64,000 nucleotides of DNA from Tubulanus polymorphus. Its lineage: Eukaryota; Animalia; Nemertea. Positions 54,401 through 64,000 of the stretch are shown here, piece by piece. Within the stretch, counting starts at the first letter, position 1. Each line of letters starts with the position of its first letter. The position numbers and the translations under genes are program-made. Under the pieces are notes generated by a model that saw only the letters and a list, made by a program, of their open reading frames with translations, was not told where the DNA came from and searched no databases. The stretch is from NCBI RefSeq assembly GCF_964204645.1, contig NC_134027.1:22778560-22842559 (forward strand). Reading direction: 5' to 3'.

Positions 54401-57400
54401 GTGATTGAGCGTTGAAGATATAGATCTCAAGCCTGGGCCCAGCACCCCTTTAAACATTAAACACTTTAGTAGTACAATAACCACACTCAAACGTGGAGAA
54501 CGGATAATTAGATTTTTTGAATAAACAAATTCTCGATTTTGAAAATTAATTAATTTGTACGTAGTGTTTAATAATATAAAAACCCACTTTGTTAACCATA
54601 TCTGAAAAATTTCTCTGAAGACAGGTTACAGATCGATATCTGTAGGTTTCATTAAGATTTCAAGATGGCAAACAGAGAAAATGACTGGAAATCTCTTAAT
54701 GATTCAAATCTGAAATAGCACATCGTACTAACCAGTCTCTGTGAGTTTCAGTGTTATCTCTATGCTACCAACTGAATTATTGAGTTTACACGAATAAGAT
54801 CCATAATCAGACGCCTGAACTGATTGTATGATGATATCCCACTCTGTTAAACTGGTACGATTCATCTTATGTTTGCCATTTGATGAATTGTGACTGCAAT
54901 TTAAATTTGTCGCTGATGGGTTCGCGTCGTAGTTTATCGTAAATCGTGCAGTTTCTCCCATTGCTGCAGCTCTGGGTTCGATTTGTGAAGATAGTTGTGG
55001 TTTATCTAAAATGGGAAAAACACGTAATGTTGGATATAATCTATGAAACCTTTTTTGATAGCTACATTAGAACTATTTTATCAGCACTTAGATACAATAT
55101 ACTCTATGTGTGTATTATGAGAAGGGCAGCAAAAATGTACTTTAAAATCATGTAGTTTCAAATGAAGATATGATCTCTTAAAAATTGCACTAAAATTGTG
55201 ACGAATTTGATTCCTTTGAGTTATGAGTTCAGAATGAAATCCGAAAAGGATTGATAAGAATATTTTCCGATAAAAATAACGACGTTCTCAGGACACGTTC
55301 GTAGTACTGGGTATATGCTGGTTGCTTACATCGCACGTCGGCAATATATACAAATATTACTGATAGATAAACCCCCAACATAGCCATCAGCTTTGCCTGC
55401 AATCATTTTGCCTTGATTTTTTCTATGTCAAATTGACTTCCAGACTCCCAGTAAAATTGACAAGTGAACGTGAAACTATCAGGGTTTTCACCAGCCGTTA
55501 TGAAATTCCTTATATTTAACTCCACAATTTTGTTACATATAATCAGTTGGGTGTATTTGATTTGACATGTTTTACGGCGTAAAAGATATAATCTTTTTAT
55601 TTCAATGCCTCCATTAGTGTACCGGGTATATTAGAGATCTCAAAGAAACGGGTATGAAATACGTCTGCTTATTACGAACTAACATTTGCTTAGAAAATAA
55701 ATCGCCTAAAATGTTACTATACCACACTTACACAATATAGACAAAGTCGTGGAGTTGCTGACACCATTAACATCAGGATAACTGTTCTGATAAGCTGTAC
55801 ATCTATATTGTCTTCCATTCTTATCCTTATCAGTTGGTACTAATAGATTACTAGTAGATGTCAGTCCACTGTGAGATCCGGGTTTATGATTTGTTACTGG
55901 GTTTGGTGAAATATTTATCCATCGCGTTATCGTCCCAGATCTGTACGCCCACATAATAGAAGACACCGGGTTACTTGAGTCAGTTGTACACGTCAGAGTT
56001 TTTGATGTACCTTGAACAACTGGACCGTTTGGAATATCAGTCAGTGTAATTGACTCTGCTAAAACTGTCAACATGAAATCAAAAGCCATTTCTTTATTTC
56101 ATTAAACGGTCACTGAAAACAGAGAATTGATTATCCTCACTTACAATGAACGGTAATCATCGGTAACTATTTGCAAAACTTACAATTGACCGTTAATATA
56201 ACTTTATTAGTAGTCATTGGTGTTGGTATACCAGCCCCAGTAGCTGTACATTGATATTCTGCCTGGTTATCTGGTTTAGTGACGGATATTGAAGATGTTA
56301 AAGGACTAACTCCCTGTTTCACAGTGCCGCCCCCTGGTGTTCTGGTAATGGTGAGGTTCGCTACCGGGTTACCCCCAGTAGCTGAACACGTGAAGTTAAC
56401 AGATGTTGATTCCTGAACGGGTGACGTCGGTCCTTGTAATGTTATACTATCAGGCGGGTCTGAAAATAAAGAGTATTTGGAAAATAGTATTCAATCGATA
56501 ACTAAAGTGCAACAGCAGTAACAGATTACTTTGAGCAATTCTAGAGTTCCTGGTTTAGGAAAAAATTCGACATTGTCTCCAAATTTATTTCAAAAATCTT
56601 ATCAATGCAAACCGAATTTCATAAAGATTTTTCCGAGATATTTTAGTTCATCCAACGAAAAATTAAAAAAGATTAAGTGTAAGAATTGCCCAAAAATAAA
56701 TTCGCAAAATAAGTCTCTTTTTTATAGTATTTTGATCGTTGCGGTTCACTGTTTAACTGCCGGATGATTTTGTTACCTGATCATCACTGTGACAAATATA
56801 CTTCATAATAGGGGAACGTTCAAATAGTACGTACACGGTCAATTATGCCGTTTTAGACAACCCCAACACGTATACGATCTTGGTACTTACTTGATCGATC
56901 CCCCACCCGTACGTACATTTTGAAAGACCCCCACCAACAAATTTTTCATAATACAATGCTTAAATTGTTGACCTACCTTATTAAGCCTTTTTACAGTTTC
57001 CAGGCGCCATTTTTTTGGGTACCCGCCGGGTCCGCATTGTTGAATTTTTTGTCCCTATTTTTTCCCCGTTTAATATTTTTATTTCGTTCATATCTCTGGA
57101 TTGGATAAAGATAGAAACAAAGTGAAAATATTGATTGACTCAGCTGATAATTAGTTTTTTTACTATGTTACTCAATCATAAAGTTAATGCAACAATGCGC
57201 GCTGGTGAGGTTATAAGCATTGATATCGTTTTCCCGATAATTCAACTTGAATTATTGCTCAGCTCATTCAAAAGTTCGTAATTCTTACAAATTTTAATCT
57301 ACATTTTTGAAATTTTCAGGATCAATAGCCATCTATATGTGGTCTTATATACTTTTTACCGTTTTCAATTATCTTTATTAATTTCTAAGTAATTGCGAGT

Positions 57401-60400
57401 CAAACTTCCAAAACACGTTTTCCCGGGTCCCCTGGGTGCATCTTTATATCAGGAAATTTCACAATTTCACCGTTTCCTACTTTGTTGAAAATCAATTTAT
57501 TAAGTAACCATGGAAATAAGGGCACCTAGGTTTTTGAAAAATGGTTATTAAAGATATATATTCTCTAGGATTTGTCAAAATAAACAAAATAACCCAGGTG
57601 TTGCTTTAACCAGCTACCTAGGTTCACAACAGATCATTTTGTCCAACGTGTTTCATTCGATTCCAAAACTGCACGTACGGGTATACGATTGCAAATGTGA
57701 AAGTCAGACATTATGTGGCACATGTATGAGAACCACAGTCTCAATGCTGCGTCGCATTGACGTCGCAAATTTGCATGGCTACTTACGTGAAGTGGGCTAA
57801 TACAGACCTTGTATGATCAAAACTGACTTAGAATTCGTGCCAAATCTCAAAATAACTATCAAACACACGAGATCAATTTTGACAGAAAGTAAACGAATGT
57901 TATGTTCCTCAATATATACTAATATATTCCAAAGTTCCAATCTTTCCAACACAATCGACTAAGCCTAATATATTCAAATTCAATTTGAAACACCTTCCAG
58001 CTCGTGTCACGATCAGTAATAAAGATCGAACATCGAACGTTCTCAAAAAAGCAAACCCGATCCAACGGTTTGCAAACGTCAAGTTTGACACAACCGTGGC
58101 TGCTTCCATTTGCGTGGAGCTGCTGCTGAAAATTCAAAAATGTAAATCGGGTACCGGTATTTAACTGAAGACCGAGCGCTCGCCATTACACCATGGTATT
58201 TCTGATGGTTAACTTTTGAGCAACTGGCTCCAGAATCACCTGCCAACGGCCATATTTCATTGATGCAATATACTGTGAAACGATATAATATAGACGGGAG
58301 ATCAATGAAACTTAAATGCCTGACACTAAGACTTATTTCGACTTTTTTGACTATCTTAGATGATTGGGAGAGGGGTCCAAAAATAAGGACATTTTCCGTA
58401 GATTTAGGCTGTGAGTAGGGTGCCCCTCGGTGTTGAAACAAATACATCCAAAACAATTTAATTTGCAAGAGGATGAATGTTAGATTTGTAAGTTTTATGC
58501 GATCACTGTCTTGACAAAGATGGTAATCTTAATGGGAAGGAGCAGGGGTCCGGACTACCGACCCTCCAAACCCGTAGTCTGTCCCTGTGTTACTAGAAAT
58601 ATATCTCTATTTACCATTTTTTTTCAAATAACTAGGTGCCCTTGTTTCCATAGTTACTGAAAATTTTGATTTTAACAATGTAGGACCGGTTAAATTGGCA
58701 AATTTCTTGATATAAATATGCACACATGATACTCTAGAAAACGTGTTTTGGAAGTTTGACTCGCAATTACTTAAAAACTAATAAAGATAATTAAAAACGG
58801 TAAAATGTATATAAGACCACATATAGATGGCTATTGATCCTGAAAATTTCAAAAATGTAGATTAATATTTGTAAGAATTACGGACTTTTGAATGAGATGA
58901 GCAATAATTCGAGTTGAATTATCGGGAAGACGATATCAATGTTTATAACTTCACCAGCGCACATTGTTGCATTAACTTTATAAATGAGTGATATCATAAA
59001 AAAGTTTATTATCAGCCGAGTTCATCGATATTTCTACTTTGTTTCTATCTTAATCAAATCCAGAGATATGAACGAAATAAAAAAATTAAACCGGAGAAAA
59101 ATAGGGACAAAAAATTCAACAATGCGGACCCGGCGGGTACCCAAAAAAATGGCGCCTGGAAACTGTAAAAAGGCTTAATAAGCTTCCAAGAGAGTCGCTC
59201 GAATTCAATAGCGACGATGTGTCTATTGTATAAAAACGTGCAAATCTGAGAATATTTAGAGTGGGGTGATGTTAGGACACTGTAATCTAATATTTCGTGT
59301 AAGTGTTTGACGTAATTTGGATATGTCTCGTCCACTCATCTGACGCACATTTTTTCACGATATACCCTACATAATTTGTTTACCAACCCCCCTCCCCCAG
59401 AAAAAAACAACTTATATACGTAATATTTGAATGCTCCCTAAAGGGAAATCGGATGAAGACTGACTGGTAAAAAGACTGGACATTTGGATGAAATATGTCT
59501 GAGGTGTTTGAAGGGCATTATACATCTCTTAGCGTCCAGTGACATGGATGTGTTTATCAAAAATTGGTTAAGTTGGTTTTTTCTTTATCAAAAACGATTA
59601 CACGCACTTTTGATACATAGATTCCTTCGAATTGATTATTTGAAACCAATTGTTGTTTCAAACTGTGTAACATGAAGAGTAAAATGACACATGTTCATAG
59701 ATATAGATACTTACAAAGAACATTGATAGTAATATTACCAGTAACTGATCCTGCTGTATTCGATACTGTACATGTATAAACACCTGAATCAGTTTTACTG
59801 ATTCGTGTAAAACTGAGTTTATTATTAGACTGTCCTGATAGATTGACACCACTCCATTTATACGTCAGTCCTGTAGCTCCAGACTGTGAACCGTCACATG
59901 TGATTGTTAACGGTGAATTCTCCTGTACTATGACGATGTTGTTGTTGGCGGTGTTTGGTTGAGATGTTAGAACTGGTCCACTCGGGGGCGCTGTAAATAT
60001 GAAAACCATGCAGAAATATTAAAAATTTGATGGTACTTTTTTATGTGTTTTCTAGATTCGCTTTAACTTTGGCAAGTATTCAAACATATCATCAACGGAT
60101 GTCACATTTTGTAAAACAATGTGCGACAATGACGTAAATGGATTAGGAGTATTGCACGCTTTACCAACTCGTCGGAAACTTTTTTTCAACTTAAAATAGA
60201 GATTAGCAATTTTATTTATTTGATTGTTGAATTTTGTTCGATTTTCAAGATGGAAACATCCAAGATTTCCATATTTTTGACATCGTCGAAATCAATGATT
60301 AGAATGTATCAGATCAAGTGTTGAATACAATTTCACAATCTATTATCCATCTCATCTACTACAGTTATTACTGTTTCACTATTTGGGAACAAGCTCATGT

Positions 60401-62667
60401 ACGTAGTCACATGACCATTCTCCAGCATCATCCATACTTATTTTCAGATTCGACTATACTCAATCAAAAATGTAACAAAGCACAGCGGGGACATATCTAC
60501 GGAAGCGTCCTTGGGACATAATTAAATTTTGATCTATATTTTGCTGATTAAGAAATCATAATATTAAATCAAAATTCGATTTTATATTAAATGTTATGAT
60601 TTTTTTCGCCCGGCGTTGATTTATTTCCGACTTTTTTCACGGAATCAAATTACCGCCGGTTCAATAAAAATGATTTAATTCCGTAAAAAAGTCGGAATTA
60701 AATCGCCGCCTGTCGAAAAAAATGTGAACTTTAATTAAAAATTCGATTTTTTATTAACTGTTATGTTTTTTTTCGAGCGGAGTTGATTTAATTCCGATTT
60801 TTTGCATGGAATTAAATAATTTGTTCAACGGTCAAAAGAAACATAGCATTTTAATAAAAAAATCGAATTTCTTTTTAATTTTATAATCTTTAAATCACCA
60901 AAAAATTAGAAAATTAGTTATGTCCGCAGGATGCTTCCGTACTCCCGTACGTATCAGACGGGTTTCCGTGTGCTTTTTTTCAGAAATACATCAAAGAAGA
61001 GTCGGCAGAAAAAAACTACTCATACGAAATTAATTTTCTTAGAGAATGTAAAACTCGCAAAAATACAAATATCGATCGTATGTATTGTCTCAAAGACGCT
61101 TTTTAATAAGACATTATTAGAAATATACGAACGGTACAGCTTAGAATTAACTTTTAACGAAAATTGCTCATCGTTTATGTAATGAAAGCGTTGCGTTCTC
61201 ATTTATTATAGTTCCAATTGAAACGCATCGTACACACGCGATTGGAACGCGATTTAAGGCTGATACAACGATGTACAGAACGCGTTTAATTCCGTTCCAA
61301 AACGCTTACCGTTTTTCCGTTTTTAAACGTAAACGGAACGGATAATAAACGTTAACGATATCAATTTCATTCAAAGCTGTCCCGTATGCATGTTTTATAT
61401 CATCGTTCTACATTTTGTCCGTCTCACCTACTACAGTAACTACTGTTTTAGTATTTGGGAAAGAGTTCATGTAGTCACATGACCATTCTCCAGCATCGGT
61501 CATCTGTACGTTAGTGATACGTATACCATAACGTCCAGCTGTGACGTCACATTCTACAGCGTTGTTTTCAGTGATAGTTCCACGAGGACAGTCGGTCTTA
61601 TCAAGCGCAAACTGCCGTGAGGGGCTACTCAGTGTTATTCCGTGCCCGCAGAAATCTTCACTGGTTGGTGAAACCTGACATTGTACGACAGTGGTGCCAC
61701 CTAGTGTTACAACTGCTGGTGTTACAGCCATCGTGATTGTCGTATCCGCTGCATCTATACAATTCTGCTGCTGTCCTAGAAATATACAAATACCGTTAAA
61801 TCCAATTGAGGTGAAATTAAGAGCTTCAATTTGTCTGTGATTTCTTCTTGATTTTCATACCAAATATCTTTCAAACTCCATTTCAAACAGCCGAATAGCA
61901 TTGTCAAATTTCAATTTTTTCGAATGTATGGGTTTTTAAGTATCGTTGTTCACCGCCTGTCACCATGTCAATTGGGGATATATCGAATTCTCGTAGTTTT
62001 TAAATAGGTGGTATTTTACCTGTTGTATATTCAAATGTGAGGATAACAATCGCAAACACGATCCACACTACATTCTGAATAGAACAAAATTAAAACCGTT
62101 TTACATCATCAGGTTTGCTTTATTTCTAAATTAATTCTCCAATCGACGTCTAAATTGTTCGTATCCATTCCATCAAGGAAAAGACCTGGGGCCGGTTTCT
62201 CAAATGTTGTTTAAGTCTTAAACAGTCGTTAAATTGCTAAACGGGTCGCTAAAAATTAACCAGTCGTTAGTCTTAACGACTGGTTAAAATTAAACAACCT
62301 TTGAGCAACCGGCCCCTGATTTTATCATGGACCCTAAAACGAGAACTTAATTTCAGAGTCCATGTTTTAATCAAGTCGTCTATAGGAATTCGTTTTTATT
62401 GACTTGTGAATCTGAATATTGATCATTTTGAATAGAAGAAGACAATTTGTGTATGGATCTATTATAGACGGGTACTTGAAATCCAAAATCCTTCTAAAAA
62501 GGGTTTCGTTTAACCCAAATACCTTATGGATAAGTTTGGTATTATTAACATTTCTTCGGTTATGAGAAGGCTGCTGTGGTTATACGTTGGCAACCCTTGT
62601 ATACCTACGACATTATGGATAAAAATATGCACTAGTATATACTCACTTGGACGCGTTGAAATTTCAT
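51469..62667 (-). CDS. Ig-superfamily type-I membrane receptor 'gene C' (signal peptide, V-like, 4 Ig, FN3, FN3-like, TM, tail with NPxY and ITIM)
   Basis: Exons: 62667-62647 (MKFQRVQ); 62074-62020 (NVVWIVFAIVILTFEYTTG); 61775-61428; 59990-59715; 56459-56184; 56064-55732; 55005-54733; 54317-54012 (FN3); 53455-53177; 53051-52898 (TM); 52748-52690; 52557-52430; 51687-51469. All are GT-AG and phase-compatible, with no stops. Confidence 0.88.
53521..53614. repeat. Imperfect (TCG/TCA)n microsatellite
   Basis: Directly visible. Confidence 0.85.
56811..59438. mobile_element. Older PIF/Harbinger-like MITE interrupted by the long-TIR element
   Basis: GGGGAACGTTCAAATAGTACGTA at 56811 and TACGTAATATTTGAATGCTCCC ending 59438 are imperfect inverted termini. 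Confidence 0.55.
56981..59178. mobile_element. 2.2-kb non-autonomous DNA element with ~590-bp terminal inverted repeats
   Basis: 56981-~57570 is the approximate reverse complement of ~58592-59178 (TTAAGCCTTTTTACAGTTTCCAGGCGCC...). There is no internal transposase ORF. Confidence 0.9.
60352..60450 (-). pseudogene. Relic of a duplicated V-domain exon (3' part)
   Basis: The - strand reads MDDAGEWSCDY[4-bp insertion]MSLFPNSETVITVV followed by ATGAG instead of GTGAG. Confidence 0.75.
60537..60907. mobile_element. AT-rich foldback/MITE with terminal and internal inverted repeats
   Basis: The termini are imperfect inverted repeats. Internal GATTTAATTCCG / CGGAATTAAATC units occur in both orientations. 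Confidence 0.6.
62189..62315. mobile_element. PIF/Harbinger-like MITE with CTG target duplication
   Basis: CTG|GGGCCGGTTTCTCAAA...TTTGAGCAACCGGCCC|CTG. Confidence 0.75.
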
Positions 62668-63240
62668 TGTTTTCCGAGTAGTCTCGAATAGTTTAAAAAA
62701 GAGATGTCGTTTCGATAGTTTTTTTTTTTACAATAATCGTCAATCAATCCCTTGAAACACCTTGTTGAAACAGAATATAATATGCCAAATCTAAATCTTA
62801 GCTAAAACAATCCTGTCTTCGAGAAGGTATTGCGTAACATATTAATGCGTCGCAGAAATTCAATCCAAATTGAGATTTCTTTAAACTTCACTTCCTCGTC
62901 GCATTACACGGTGCATTAAGGCACTGCTTATGTTGAAATTCTTTCAATTTGCGATACTATACGATCTATACCTAGTTCTAGTATATTTCATAAAGGCTAT
63001 TCAAACCATACTATTGTTTGGAAAATGGGAAATACCCGCGCAGTAGGTTTTATTTTCGAGAATAGCTGAATTACGAAATAACCAAATTCCGATAATGGAC
63101 ATGAATTTATTGTTTAACCCTCTATTGACCTCCGAAACCGGTATCTTCGGGAACCATTCGCTTATACACTGAGGTCTGCAGAACCACTTATCAAATAATT
63201 GTCGATTCGATTCCGTTCTGAGGTCTTGTCGATTGTTTGC

Positions 63241-63715
63241 TGATGTCATAGGGGGATTTATGTAAGTAATTCCCTAACTCGGTACCGATTCAATCACCAC
63301 GTCAATCACTGATGATGTCATAGGGGGATTCATCCATACACTCATACTTCCTGGGAGTGTCTACATATCACTTCGATGATGTCATAGGAAGGTCTATGGG
63401 GACAGCCAACTTTTCTAGCAAGGAGTCTAGATCAATCTGATGATGTCATAGGGGGGTTTATGGGAGCAGCCATATTTACTAGCAAGGCGTCTAGATCAAT
63501 CTGATGATCTCATAGGGGGATTTATGGAAACAGTCCCCTTAACTACAACTGGTTCAATCACCACGCCAATCAATTTGATGATGTCATAGGGGGATTTATG
63601 AAATCAGCCATCTCCTCTTGAAGTGTCTTCTGTGTCATTTTCTGATGTCATGGGGTGGTTTATAGAGGCAGCCATCTTTTAGATTAGTTTGCTGATGTCG
63701 TAGGGGGATCTTATC
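63241..63715. repeat. Degenerate array of 8 TGATGATGTCATAGGGGGATTTAT cores with divergent ~30-50 bp spacers
   Basis: Cores at ~63241, 63310, 63375, 63438, 63502, 63576, 63643 and 63693. Confidence 0.85.
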
Positions 63716-64000
63716 TAGAAATGCCACTCGATGTTATTCCTTTTGATCACTATTGCTTTTAATATGGCTGACTGGCAGCCATCTTTGATTTTCAAAATCA
63801 ACTATCCTCATCATCACTTTTTCAAGTAGAATCTCACTTTTCACAGGAACAATGTGAAGGTCATATTTTACTGGTTGGAACTTTGTTGTTTTGATTTCTC
63901 TCATTTTACCACTAGAACTGTTTATATCACGAAATCTGAAATATCCAGTTCCTAAGCAACACGACAATGTTCGCGTGAGATATTCGGTAAAATATTTTTT

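Noticed and set aside
63241-63715. CRISPR array
   Set aside because: The context is eukaryotic with no cas genes. The repeats are degenerate and the spacers are related to one another (CTAGCAAGGxGTCTAGATCAATC in two, TTCAATCACCACG in two), as expected of a decayed tandem repeat.
63734-63967. 77-aa ORF at the window edge
   Set aside because: Could be the end of a transposon or viral gene, but has no recognisable motif and the context is cut off.

Overview
Eukaryotic, invertebrate-type genomic DNA: AT-rich, with GT-AG introns and many repeats. The taxon cannot be fixed from the sequence. Positions 1-5.5 kb carry the last seven coding exons of a clear CMIP (c-Maf-inducing protein) orthologue on the + strand. 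Positions 19-63 kb carry a tandem cluster of three related, unnamed immunoglobulin-superfamily type-I membrane receptor genes on the - strand. Gene A (27614->19363) is signal peptide-V-Ig-Ig-TM-tail. Gene B (40446->31547) lacks 5' exons and carries several lesions. Gene C (62667->51469) is signal peptide-V-4xIg-2xFN3-TM-tail. Their ectodomains are built from one-domain phase-1 exons that are being duplicated, deleted and inactivated. Their cytoplasmic tails are built from micro-exons carrying tyrosine motifs (YAQVxK/EPIY-like, ITIM, NPxY). Between B and C lie three LINE relics and an intronless class A GPCR. The window also holds many MITEs, minisatellites, a nested TIR element and Penelope-type hammerhead-like relics. 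All gene models were assembled by hand from splice signals and reading frame, with no database search, so exon edges need RNA confirmation.
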